Of a stretch of 64,000 nucleotides of DNA, positions 46,790-60,163 are shown one piece after another. The position numbers and the translations under genes are program-made. The number at the start of each line of letters is the position of its first letter. Within the stretch, counting starts at the first letter, position 1. The DNA comes from Eledone cirrhosa (taxonomy: Eukaryota). The stretch lies in contig CAXHJY010000275.1 in the NCBI GenBank assembly GCA_964016885.1, positions 62,001-126,000 on the forward strand, given 5' to 3'. Below the pieces are notes generated by a model. It saw nothing but the letters and a program-made list of their open reading frames with translations. It was not told where the DNA came from and did not search any database.

Positions 46790-49059
46790 AATACAAATTT
46801 AGGAAAGCCCTTCAAGATGTATATGACGAAAAAGAAGACGATTTAGAGACATATGACATAGATAATAACTGGAAGTTCTTACGTGACAACTTGCTGCAGG
46901 CTACTGATGAAACCTGTGGCTGGAGCAGAGCTCCAACCAGACAGAGAGTGACCTGGTGGTGGAACAGCACAGTAGATAAGGCTATTAGAGACAAAAGACT
47001 AGCATGGAAGGCTTGGAAAAAGGGTGGGAGTAGGGAAGAATATACAGCCACTAAGAGAGAAGCTAGACGTCAGGTGTACTTAGCACGCAGGGAGGCAGAG
47101 AGTAGGAGGTTTGCCAATGTTCTGCGACGGGAAGATCAGAGGCGTGCGGTGTTCCACATTGCAAGGCAGTGTGTCAATGCAAATCAGGATGTTGTTGGAG
47201 ATAAATGTGTCCGGGATGATGCCGGTGTACTTAGTGTCACGAATGACCAGAAAAAGGAGGCCTGGAAATGTCATTATGAGAGACTGATGAATGTGGAGAA
47301 CAAATGGGAGAGAGAGAAATTACCCTTGGTAGATCCGACAGAGGGACCAGCTATTGAGATTGACGAATATAGGGTCCAAGAGGCGATTAGGGAAATGAAA
47401 AATGGTAAGGCGGCCGGACCATCGGGAATAGTTGCTGAGATGCTGAAGGCATCAGAGGACGTAGGCACTAAACTGGTTGCATGCATCATCAATCAGGCTA
47501 TATATGGTGGTGTCATACCCAAAGACTGGTGCAGCAGTATTCTCATAAATTGCTACAAAGGTAAAGGGGATGCTTTGGAGAGGAGCAATTATAGGGGTAT
47601 AAAACTGATAGATCAGGTTATGAAAGTGGCAGAAAGGATTTTAGCACAACTAATTAGAGAAAGGGTCAAACTAGATGAGATGCAGTTTGGTTTTGTGCCT
47701 GGGAAGAGTACAACAGATGCCCTCTTCTTGGTGAGACAAATGCAAGAGAGGTTCTTAGAGAAGAATAGGCCACTATACTTAGCCTTTGTTGACCTAGAGA
47801 AGGCCTTTGATAGGGTACCCCGATCTGTCATCTGGTGGTCCCTAAGGAAGCTAGGTGTTGAGGAATGGCTTGTGAGGACAGTGCAAACTTTGTACAGAGG
47901 TTCTCTCAGTAAAGTGAGGGTAGGTATGGAGTTTAGTGAGGAATTCCAGATACAAGTAGGGGTACATCAGGGTTCGGTCCTCAGCCCGCTCTTGTTCATT
48001 ATAGTCCTCCAAGCCATAACAGAGGAGTTTAAGACTGGCTGTCCATGGGAACTTCTCTACGCTGATGATCTGGCTCTTATAGCAGAATCAGTAGAGGAGC
48101 TAGAGAATAAATTCCGGCTATGGAAACAGCAGTTGGAAGCAAGAGGACTGAGAGTAAATCTAGCTAAGACAAAAGTGTTGATGAGTAGAAAAGAGGACAA
48201 AACCCTGATTCCGTCAGGGAAATGGCCATGTTCGATATGCAGAAAAGGAACTGGCATAAATTCTATAAAGTGCACACAATGCAGGTCCTGGGTACACAAG
48301 AGTTGTAGCGGGATAGCAGGCAAACTAACAGGTAGGGAGAAATATGTATGCAGTAGATGTACAGGGAAATTAGACAGTAGAAGTTGCACTGATAGACACA
48401 TTTTTCAAATGCGAGAGGGCGCTATAGAAGTGGTGGATAGCTTCCGGTACCTAGGAGATCAGATTAGCATGGGAGGAGGGTGTTCCGAGGCCATAGTATC
48501 TAGAATAAGGACGGGTTGGAAGAAGTTTAGGGAGCTGCTTCCTCTGTTGACGAAGAAGGGTTTCTCCCTGCGTACGAAAGGCCGGTTGTATGATGCCTGT
48601 GTGAGGAGCGCGATGCTGCATGGTAGTGAGACATGGGCAGCAACCGCAGAGGATATGCGACGGCTGGAGAGAAATGAGGCAAGCATGCTCCGTTGGATGT
48701 GCAATGTAAATGTGCGTGAACAACCCAGCATAAATGTGTTGAGAGAGAAACTGTGTCTGAGAGGGATAGAATGTAGTGTACGGGAGAGGAGACTGAGGTG
48801 GTATGGACATGTGATGCGCATGGAGGATGACCGATGGGTGAAGAAGTGCCAGGAAATGCCAGTTGAAGGAAGACGTGGTAGAGGTAGACCACGAAAAACA
48901 TGGGCGGAGGTGGTGAGAACAGACCTCAGATCATTGAAGCTCACGGTGGAGATGACGAGGGACCGTGACGAGTGGAGAGATGCTGTGCTGAATAAGACCC
49001 GTCCCACCCTTGCAAGCAGGGAAAAGCGGACGTAAAATGATGATGATGATGATGATGAT
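46790..49059 (+). mobile_element. RTE-clade LINE copy 1, 5'-truncated (no endonuclease); the remaining RT ORF is open to the stop at 49035; (GAT)n tail
   Basis: RT motifs FVDLEKAFD, GVHQGSVLSPLLF and LLYADDL. RTE-type C-terminus [11 protein letters not shown] and [10 protein letters not shown]. Homology to copy 2 begins at about 46790, directly after the microsatellite. Confidence 0.95.
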
Positions 49060-51190
<2,131 letters not shown>

Positions 51191-51404
51191 TTCTTTATTT
51201 ACCATAAAGGCATAAAAAGAAGGGACAAATACAAAGGGGGAGTTTACATATAATCGAGTAAAAAGGGTGTAACATGAAAATAATCGAAAATAACCTCAAA
51301 AGGGAGGGGACGTGATGGGGGTTGCACACACCCCCGAAAAAGTGTGCAATCCTTTGCCCGGGGAGCACATGGAGAAGGTGCTCCCCTCTCCTTTACTTCT
51401 TTAC

Positions 51405-54400
51405 CTACAGGATGGTATACAGAGAAGGCCCATTTACACGAGCTATTCTCGCCACTATCACCCACCTTTCATAAAACTGCCTGTGGCCAAGCACCTCTCT
51501 CTCCATTCTTATCCTTCTTCCGAAGTGATATCGGAAGAAGTAGACCAGACTATGGCCAGAGAGGAAGTTGCCTGACCTCAGACCTTTCAATCGTGTCCAC
51601 CAAACAACCTCTTTCAACATGGCTATTACGCACAGAAAAACCACCTTTGCTTCCTTTGTGAAGAGGGGAGGCGGTTTGATTGTCACCACGGACTCGGCGG
51701 TCAATTTAATCGGCGCCACCCGCGACAGCAGTCGTTCGGCGTAGCCCCACAGATCAGCCATACCCGGACATTGCACCAATGCGTGCGCAACGGTTTCTTC
51801 GTGACGCACGCATCTAGGGCAAATCTTTTTTGAGGGATCCCTGCCCAGGCGCCCGTGTCTGTAGAGCCTCTCTCGAACGGGTAGAGCCCCCCGGTAGCAC
51901 TGCCAGGCCAGTGACTTCTGGAAGTTGTCCATTGGTCCCGGGCCGAAAGACCTACCGAACAGGCTGGCCAGTTCGTCTTCTTCCATGTCCAGCGACTCTC
52001 CAAGGGTGTCATCGCCCCTGCTAGCCACCAGCCCTCTATAGAATGATGAGGTGGATTCTCCACCGATGGCCTGGCCCGCTTGCCAGAGAGCCCTGAGCGC
52101 CTGAGCACACTCAGTGTGCCAGTCTCCCAGTTTTCCGGATCTTTGCTTGACCCAGGACTGTAGCTCGGTGAGCGAGACGAGTCTCGGAAAGGCTCGTTTC
52201 ACGAACGGAGCCCACACCGGTTGACCAGTAAGGAATACCTGTAGGTGCCGTAGCCTTAATGCGTGCCTACGCATCATCAACCACGGCATCCCCAGCCCTC
52301 CTTTCGAAGGTTGTTGACAGCAGATGGATCTTCTCACCATAGGAGGACGCTTCTTCCAAAGAAATTGGAAGAGCATGCGTTCCATGGTGGTGAGTGTTTC
52401 CTTAGGGCAAGGCACGACAGTCAGGCGGTAGTAAGTGACGGACGCTATGTAAATGTTCGCCACCTTCGCCCGGCCTTTTAGGGACAGCTTACACTTGGCC
52501 CATTTCTGGGTTAGTGCAAACACCTTGTTCGTAACCTCGTTCCAGTTCTTTTCCACCTGGAGGTCCGGTCCAAACCAGACCCCAAGCAACTTTACCGGGC
52601 ACTCCGTCCAGTGTCCGACGACACCGTCAGCAGGCATCGGTCTGCCTCTCCATGTTCCGAGTTGCAGCCCGATGGATTTTTCCCGGTTCAGTTTCGCTCC
52701 TGACAACCTTTCGTACTCCTCCAGTAAGGTACCGATCGCCTCGATCTCCGAGTCGGTTGATACCATTACTGTTACGTCATCGGCGTAGGCCGACACCGCT
52801 TTGCTCAATCCTGGTTCCAGGGGGATACCCTGCAACAACTCCAACTTCCTCAGTAAAGGCTCGAGAGTCAATACGTACAGAAGGGAGGAGAGAGGGCACC
52901 CCTGTCGAATGGATCGTGTGATTTCGAACGGCTTCGAAAGGTAGCCGTTCACCTTGATCCTAGAACAGATGTGGTTGCCATGTAGGGCAGTGATCCAGCC
53001 TCTGAAAACAGGACCGAACCCAGCCGCCGCTAGCACCGCATCCAGGTAACCATGGTCGACCCTATCGAAGGCCTTAGACTGATCCAAGTTGATCAGGGCC
53101 CCACCGAAGCCGGGTTTGTTGCCAACCCTCTCTATGATGTATCGCATGAGGTGGAGGTTATCGTGAATGGACCTGGATGGGATAGCACATGTCTGCGCAT
53201 CTCCCACCAGGCCACCCACGACAAGCGCCAACCTCTTTGCTAACACCTTGGCCAAAATCTTTAACTCTGTGTTTAGCAGGGTTATGGGCCGAAAATTATT
53301 TATACTATCCCCCTTGTTCTCGTCCTTCCTCACCAGCGTGACTACGCCCTTGGCTACAGAACAAGGAATTCTCCCGTTCTGCTGCCAATTGCAGTAGACC
53401 ACTTCGAGGAGTTCGGAGAAGAAGACCGGCATTGCTAAATAAAGTTCGTAAGGTATACCATCGAGACCTGGAGATTTGCGTCTGCTGCATTGGCTCAGCG
53501 CATCTCCGATCTCATCAGCCGAGATTGGTCCCTCGCAGGACTCTGCCTCTTCGTTCGAGAGACGCGGCAGGCCGTCGAGGTATGGACCGAAATCCACGCC
53601 CCCGCCCGGACCCTCGCCTCCCCCGAACAATCGGGCAAAGTGCCTTTGAAAGGCCTCGCACATCTGCTTAGGCTCCCGGATCACCCGTCCATCTTCGTCT
53701 TGCAACGACCGGATGGTGGATCGATTTCCACTCTTAGCTTCTGTCACGCGGGCCCATCCAACGGCTTTGGCCCCCTCATTACCTAGAGCACGTATTTTAC
53801 TTCGACTGACGCAGCCTTCGTGCTTTGCATCGAAAAACTGGTTCAAGGCCGTCCTCGATGCCAGCACTCTGGCCACATCTTCGCTCTTGATTGCCTCTTC
53901 TAATTTACCTGTTAATTCTTTCTCGTTTCTATTCCTATCGGCAGCTAACATCTTGCTATAACTTATTGATTCTGTTCTAATCTCTCTTTTGAGAGATGCC
54001 CACCATCGGTTGTTGACGATTGCACCCGTCAACCTCTCCTTAACTAATCTGCTAATCCGGTTTCTGTAAGTCTCTTTTGCCGGTAAAGACAAATTAAGTT
54101 TCCAGTAACCGGGACCCTGTCTATGTGTTTTCTCGAGATTGACCACGCAGGTCACTAATTTGTGATCCGTGTAGCCAACCGTGCGCATTTCTGGACAGCT
54201 TAATATGTCCCTATCCTTACTTCTAACTAAGAATCTATCTAAGTACGATCTAGATTGACCACTGTGGTTTCTCCAAGTCCAGGTAGGCACAGTTGGAAAA
54301 TCTAGTCGATATCTATCGACCAAGTTAAAACGGTCGAGTAACCCCTTGAGGCTGTTACACCCCCCTCTATTAGGACATGCTCCTGCATAGTCCCAACGTG

Positions 54401-54842
54401 CATCCAGGATGTCATTCCAATCCCCCGCTAGAAGCAGGGAACGCGACGTTCCCAAAAAAGTCTCCAAACGCTGGAAGAAGTCGGGCCGTTCAGCTCCGAA
54501 AGGGGAGTAGACGGCGACCAGTCTCAAGGCCGCACTTTCACTACTGCCAACGTCTAGCACCAACAAACGACCCTCCGGGTCCGAGTGCACAACCTGTACG
54601 GCAAGACCCAGGTGTTTTTGCAGCAGTACGACAACCCCACCCCCACCTCCAGGTTGACAGAGAGATGCATGCACCTCAAAGTCATCGAAGGTGGGGGCCA
54701 GCTGCTGCACGACGCTGATTCGAGTCTCACAGATAACCATTACATTTATACTACATGACCTGAGGTCATTTAGAAGCTTTGCTTGCTTCCAAGTTGAGCC
54801 CAGGCCACGTGCATTCAAACATCCTACTCTTAACACATCCAT
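51405..54842 (-). CDS. LINE ORF2, 1145 aa, intact: APE endonuclease + reverse transcriptase + C-terminal CCHC (zf-RVT-like)
   Basis: Endonuclease motifs GCLNARGL, AGDWN, SYLDRF and TDHK. RT motifs FRPITLLN, LDQSKAFDRV, IRQGCPLS and AYADDV. C-terminal CPRC-x8-H-x4-C. GPGYWKLN is typical of L1/Tx1. Confidence 0.95.
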   Translation of the reverse strand: MDVLRVGCLNARGLGSTWKQAKLLNDLRSCSINVMVICETRISVVQQLAPTFDDFEVHASLCQPGGGGGVVVLLQKHLGLAVQVVHSDPEGRLLVLDVGSSESAALRLVAVYSPFGAERPDFFQRLETFLGTSRSLLLAGDWNDILDARWDYAGACPNRGGCNSLKGLLDRFNLVDRYRLDFPTVPTWTWRNHSGQSRSYLDRFLVRSKDRDILSCPEMRTVGYTDHKLVTCVVNLEKTHRQGPGYWKLNLSLPAKETYRNRISRLVKERLTGAIVNNRWWASLKREIRTESISYSKMLAADRNRNEKELTGKLEEAIKSEDVARVLASRTALNQFFDAKHEGCVSRSKIRALGNEGAKAVGWARVTEAKSGNRSTIRSLQDEDGRVIREPKQMCEAFQRHFARLFGGGEGPGGGVDFGPYLDGLPRLSNEEAESCEGPISADEIGDALSQCSRRKSPGLDGIPYELYLAMPVFFSELLEVVYCNWQQNGRIPCSVAKGVVTLVRKDENKGDSINNFRPITLLNTELKILAKVLAKRLALVVGGLVGDAQTCAIPSRSIHDNLHLMRYIIERVGNKPGFGGALINLDQSKAFDRVDHGYLDAVLAAAGFGPVFRGWITALHGNHICSRIKVNGYLSKPFEITRSIRQGCPLSSLLYVLTLEPLLRKLELLQGIPLEPGLSKAVSAYADDVTVMVSTDSEIEAIGTLLEEYERLSGAKLNREKSIGLQLGTWRGRPMPADGVVGHWTECPVKLLGVWFGPDLQVEKNWNEVTNKVFALTQKWAKCKLSLKGRAKVANIYIASVTYYRLTVVPCPKETLTTMERMLFQFLWKKRPPMVRRSICCQQPSKGGLGMPWLMMRRHALRLRHLQVFLTGQPVWAPFVKRAFPRLVSLTELQSWVKQRSGKLGDWHTECAQALRALWQAGQAIGGESTSSFYRGLVASRGDDTLGESLDMEEDELASLFGRSFGPGPMDNFQKSLAWQCYRGALPVRERLYRHGRLGRDPSKKICPRCVRHEETVAHALVQCPGMADLWGYAERLLSRVAPIKLTAESVVTIKPPPLFTKEAKVVFLCVIAMLKEVVWWTRLKGLRSGNFLSGHSLVYFFRYHFGRRIRMEREVLGHRQFYERWVIVARIARVNGPSLYTIL

Positions 54843-54875
54843 GTGGGCGGCAGAGCCAAAGGAGAGTGTAGAGAC

Positions 54876-56768
54876 CTACCTTTCCGCTTCCCGGGGTTCG
54901 GGTTGCACGACTTCCATGGGGTCGGGGGTGTTGGGTGAAGGGGTGTCTTGTGGTGGTGTGGGGTCGTCAGTGTGTGGTGGGGTTGGGGTGTTTGGAGTTG
55001 TGTTGGGAAGGGGAGGGGGAAAGCTTTTTAGTAGGACGCGGTTTATGGGTTTGACAGAGGGTGGTCCTACGTCCTCCTTAAAATCCTTTTTTAGTTTTTG
55101 GTAGAGGTTCATTGGGATCTTTATTAGTTTTAAATGTGGGTAGTTTTCTGACGAAACAAAGTTTACACCTTCGGTTTGTACCGAAGGATTATTGTATATG
55201 AGCTCATTTAATTTATTATTGTTTCTGTTGATGTAAGTATAGTGTAATGTCTTTTTTTCCGATGGTGTGAGTGTTTCGAAGAGGGGAGGGGCAGGTTTGG
55301 TTTTGTTTGTTGCTGGAGGGGTGTTTTCTGTTTTGTTGGATTGTGTTGAGATTTGGGTGGGGGTTGTTTGTCCTTGTGTGTTTTGCACATGTTTTCTTTT
55401 TTTCCTTTTAATCTGTCTGAAGGACTCCGTTTCTTCCTCCGAATTCGTTGGGTTATCTTCAGTGTTGGAGGGAAGAGGTATGTTTGCTGGTAATGTTTCC
55501 ATGTTGGTTTTCTTTGTGGGGGAGATGGATGTCACTATGTTAGACTGTGTTGTGTGTTGTGTCTGCGGTGGTTGTGTTGTTTTATTGAGTGAGAGGTTGG
55601 GTGGGCCTGTATTTTGTTTTGGGGTAATGTGTTGTGACTGTTTGTGTTGTGGTGGTGTTGTGGTTTTACTGAGGGACGGGTTGGGTGGGACTGAGTTTTG
55701 TTGTTTGTTTATCTGTTGTGGTGGTGGTGGTGGAGCTGGTGTTGGTAGCAGGGTTTTCTTTTTGTTGAGTTGGGGACAAGCGGCCTTCAGGTGCCCTCTG
55801 CCTGCACAGATATGGCAGGACGGCCTTCTCCCCTCCACGCTAATGTTTATATACCCGTGGTCCTCTAATAGGATTCTGTCGGGTATTTGGGCGATGCGTG
55901 CAGGCTTCATTTGTACTACCAGCTCTATACCTGTTCCACTGAACGCATTGCCTGTGGTTTTCCCAATGGAAATCACGTCATTCACTGGATCGATGAAGCC
56001 AGCTATGAGCCAGCAGTAGTCCACATCTGGCATCATTGCATCCAGCCATATGCGTTGAGTTCTTTTCCCCATATAAGATGGATAAAAGGTGAAATTTTTC
56101 GAACGAATCGGTGACAAAGCACATTTTTTTGCCGCCGATTCGTTCTTCATGATAATTGCTAGGCTTCCATATAGTCTGTCTTTTCTTATGAAAGTGGTTT
56201 CATTAAGTACTTCTGTGAGTACTGTTTTGATATCTGCTTGAGAAGGCTGTTCAGGTTTTTTTGTACTGTTGTTGATGGTCCGAAACTTGACCGTTCAGCT
56301 TTCAATGTCTTTCGTGAATTCTTGAGGCATTTTTACCGATAAAATACCATTCTCTCCTTCACTTATGTATTGTTTGGCGTCCGTGATCCTTCGTACCACA
56401 TCTGAAATGTTTTCCGCTATATAAGTCAAAGATTTCTTTGTTTTCTGTGCAAATGAAATCTTGTCGTCTGCTTTGTTTTCTGATATGGTGTTATTTTCAA
56501 ATGTTATTTTTGTGTTTGTTGTGTCTTTGTTTGTGTTATTAGTATTGTCATGCAATTTTTCAAATTTTTTTTTTTCGTTGTTGGAATCCAAGTCCAGATT
56601 TGTGTTTTCGTCATTTTTTTTTTTCTCCGCTGATTCGTCTGTTTTTATTTTAATTTTTCCTTCCTTCTCTATGACGTTAGTTGGGAAGGAAGGGGGGACT
56701 AAAGCGTGCGAGCTTACAACTCTTACCGCTGTCCCCCCACCACTATTTTCGTTCGCTGCGTTTAACAT
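54876..56768 (-). pseudogene. LINE ORF1 (gag-like, CCHC zinc knuckle) with a single in-frame TGA
   Basis: ORFs 56295-56768 and 54876-56150 are in the same frame (618 nt apart). Only the TGA at 56297-56295 interrupts them (ES*TVKF, plausibly CGA>TGA). Zinc knuckle CHICAGRGHLKAAC. Confidence 0.85.
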
Positions 56769-57065
56769 TTCTGTTAGACGATTGAAATTTTTTACACAAA
56801 ATTTTTTAAAACAGGTTTTTCACCTCTAGGAGGGGTAAAGATGAGCTGACCCACCGCCTGACAGTTCAGACGGAGGGTCAAGCTACACAATTGTATCAAA
56901 ATTAAGTTTGAACACACAAAATTTCCTCAATAAATTTGAACAAAACTTCTGTGCGAAGTGAATGACATCCACACTGTAGAACAGACGACAGCTAGATTAT
57001 CTATATATATAGAGATAGATAGATAGATAAATATACACGGGTGTGTATGATTGTGTATAGAAGAT

Positions 57066-57491
57066 TATATTAATAAGAGGAATTCCAACTTTGTCTGATT
57101 TACTCGTTTTATTTACAATCCTTTAAAATTTATAATGGTATTATAATGAAATAGTATGATAGAATGTTAAGTGTTAATTGAACAAGTACTTTCATGCTTT
57201 CGCAATCTTCAGGTTCATAATGTGTGGTGACAGTCAAGTTTGCAATTTTCACCTGTGTTGAAAATTACAAACTTGTTGAAAATTGTTGAAACTTGTTGAA
57301 AATTGCAAACTTGACTGTAAACACACATTATGAACCTGAATATTGTGAAAGCATGAAAGTACTTGTTCAATTAACACTTAACATTTAATATTCTATCATA
57401 CTATTTCATTATAATACCATTATATAAATTTTAAAGGATTGTAAATAAAACGATTAAATCAGACAAAGTTGGAATTCCTCTTATTAATATA
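57066..57491. mobile_element. ~425-bp fold-back palindrome carrying a hammerhead motif on each arm
   Basis: TATATTAATAAGAGGAATTCCAACTTTGTCTGATTTA... versus ...TAAATCAGACAAAGTTGGAATTCCTCTTATTAATATA. The arms are about 185 bp with a few substitutions and indels, and TGTTGAAA is reiterated at the centre. Confidence 0.85.
57179..57217 (-). ncRNA. Minimal type-I hammerhead ribozyme motif
   Basis: UGAAC-CUGAAGA-U-UGC-GAAA-GCA-U-GAAA-GUAC-UU^GUUCA. Stem I is UGAAC/GUUCA and stem III is the palindrome AAGUACUU. The plus-strand twin at 57331-57369 has the core mutated to CUGAAUA. Confidence 0.75.
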
Positions 57492-57719
57492 TATATATAT
57501 ATATATATGTGTGTATATATATATATATATATGTGTATATATATATATATGTGTATATATATATATATGTGTATATATATATATATATATATGTGTATAT
57601 ATATATATATATATGTGTATATATATATATATATGTGTATATATATATATATATATATGTGTATATATATATATATATATGTGTATATATATATATATAT
57701 ATGTGTATATATATATATA

Positions 57720-57754
<35 letters not shown>

Positions 57755-57771
57755 GTGTATATATATATATA

Positions 57772-57844
<73 letters not shown>

Positions 57845-57891
57845 GTATATATGTATATATATATATATGTATATATGTATATATATATATG

Positions 57892-57940
<49 letters not shown>

Positions 57941-58009
57941 GTATATATATATATATATGTATATATATGTATATATATATATATATGTATATATGTATAT
58001 ATATATATG

Positions 58010-58064
<55 letters not shown>

Positions 58065-58271
58065 GTGTATATATATATATGTATATATATATATGTATAT
58101 ATATATATGTATATATATGTATATATATGTATATATATGTATATATATATGTATATATATATATATGTATGTATATATATATGTATATATATATATATGT
58201 ATATGTATATATGTATATATATATATGTACATATATATATATGTATATATATATATGTATATATATATATG

Positions 58272-58302
<31 letters not shown>

Positions 58303-58331
58303 GTATATATATATATGTATATATATATATG

Positions 58332-58362
<31 letters not shown>

Positions 58363-58391
58363 GTATATATATATATGTATATATATATATG

Positions 58392-58422
<31 letters not shown>

Positions 58423-58465
58423 GTATATATATATATGTATATATATATATGTATATATATATATG

Positions 58466-58512
<47 letters not shown>

Positions 58513-58557
58513 GTATATGTATATATATATATATGTATATATATATGTATGTATATA

Positions 58558-58640
<83 letters not shown>

Positions 58641-58688
58641 GTATATATGTATATTTATATATACATATATATATGTATACATATATAT
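57488..58688. repeat. 1.2-kb compound (TA)nTG microsatellite
   Basis: Direct reading. Confidence 0.95.
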
Positions 58689-58813
58689 CATTTCATTTCA
58701 TTTCATTTTTACGTCCGCTTTTTCCCTGCTTGCAAGGGTGGGACGGGAACTGATTCTGGCTTGATTTCTACAGCTGGATGCCCTTCCTAACACCAACCTC
58801 ATTTACAGTGAGT
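58689..58813 (-). mobile_element. 5'-truncated SINE, short (RTE-1-type) tail, ending in (GAAAT)n
   Basis: The reverse complement matches about 44712-44820 almost exactly. Confidence 0.85.
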
Positions 58814-58916
58814 ATATGTATATATATATATATGTATATATATATATGTATATATATATATATGTATATATGTATATATATGTATATATGTATATATATA
58901 TATATATGTATATATG

Positions 58917-59004
<88 letters not shown>

Positions 59005-59009
59005 CATAC

Positions 59010-59067
<58 letters not shown>

Positions 59068-59160
59068 ATATATATGTATATATATATATATGTATATATA
59101 TATGTATATATATATATATGTATATATATATGTATATATATATGTATGTATATATATATG

Positions 59161-59191
<31 letters not shown>

Positions 59192-59222
59192 GTATATGTA
59201 TATATATATGTATATGTATATA

Positions 59223-59315
<93 letters not shown>

Positions 59316-59317
59316 GT
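58814..59317. repeat. (TA)nTG microsatellite
   Basis: Direct reading. Confidence 0.95.
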
Positions 59318-59439
59318 AGGAGGTGAGTTTTATTGTAGTACAATAAAGCAATGCAGATATCGGATAAGAAGCACTCTACAGTTTGTGGGACTGGAGTATG
59401 CATAATATAAGATCAAAAGATGGTTAAAGGAGTTCAATA

Positions 59440-59510
59440 TATTTTATTATGCGCATTTCAAAAACAAACATCATCAAACAATAATATTTGTGTTTTCATC
59501 AGATAAAACA
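59440..59510 (-). ncRNA. Type-I hammerhead ribozyme (inverted twin of 59721-59791)
   Basis: Exact reverse complement of the plus-strand motif. Confidence 0.8.
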
Positions 59511-59720
59511 GGAGAACATGATATGAAGGCTAAAAAAACACTTGTTGATAGTGCAGTTTTAAATCAACATATGTTGATTTAACATATGTTGATTTAACAT
59601 ATGTTGATTTAACATATGTTGATTTAACATATGTTGATTTAACATATGTTGATTTAACATATGTTGATTTAAAACTGCACTATCAACAAGTGTTTTTTTA
59701 GCCTTCATATCATGTTCTCC

Positions 59721-59791
59721 TGTTTTATCTGATGAAAACACAAATATTATTGTTTGATGATGTTTGTTTTTGAAATGCGCATAATAAAATA
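59721..59791 (+). ncRNA. Type-I hammerhead ribozyme
   Basis: UGUUUUAU-CUGAUGA-AAAC-ACAAAUAUUAUU-GUUU-GAUGAUGUUUGU-UUUU-GAAA-UGCGCA-UA^AUAAAAUA. Stem I has 8 bp, stem II is long and G-U-rich, and stem III is the palindrome AUGCGCAU. Confidence 0.85.
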
Positions 59792-59829
59792 TATTGAACT
59801 CCTTTAACCATCTTTTGATCTTATATTAT

Positions 59830-59830
59830 G

Positions 59831-59893
<63 letters not shown>

Positions 59894-60080
59894 GTATATG
59901 TATATATATGTATATGTATATATATGTATATATATATATGTACATATATATATATGTATATATATATATGTATATATATATATGTATATGTATATATATG
60001 TATATGTATATATATATGTATATATATATATGTATATGTATATATATGTATATATATATATATGTATATGTATATATATG

Positions 60081-60114
<34 letters not shown>

Positions 60115-60123
60115 CATATATAC

Positions 60124-60156
<33 letters not shown>

Positions 60157-60163
60157 CATATAT
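59830..60163. repeat. (TA)n/(TATG) microsatellite
   Basis: Direct reading. Confidence 0.95.

Larger units (their letters stand above)
51191..56995 (-). mobile_element. Near-full-length Tx1/L1-clade LINE (5'UTR, ORF1, ORF2, 3'UTR ending AATAAAGAAA-(TCTA)n)
   Basis: Two tandem minus-strand ORFs 33 bp apart, a poly(A)-signal-like AATAAA at the 3' end, and microsatellite on both flanks. Confidence 0.9.
59401..59830. mobile_element. 430-bp fold-back palindrome (about 165-bp arms, no mismatch seen) with a central 7x 15-bp repeat and a hammerhead on each arm
   Basis: CATAATATAAGATCAAAAGATGG... versus ...CCATCTTTTGATCTTATATTATG. (AACATATGTTGATTT)7 lies at 59566-59670. Confidence 0.9.

Noticed and set aside
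51244-56829. Short plus-strand and alternative-frame ORFs over the LINEs (also 46812-49007 and 60718-63239 minus)
   Set aside because: They are antisense or out-of-frame shadows of the retrotransposon ORFs with no motifs.
59559-59741. ORF with (LNQHM)n repeats
   Set aside because: It is a translation of the central 15-bp repeat of the palindrome.
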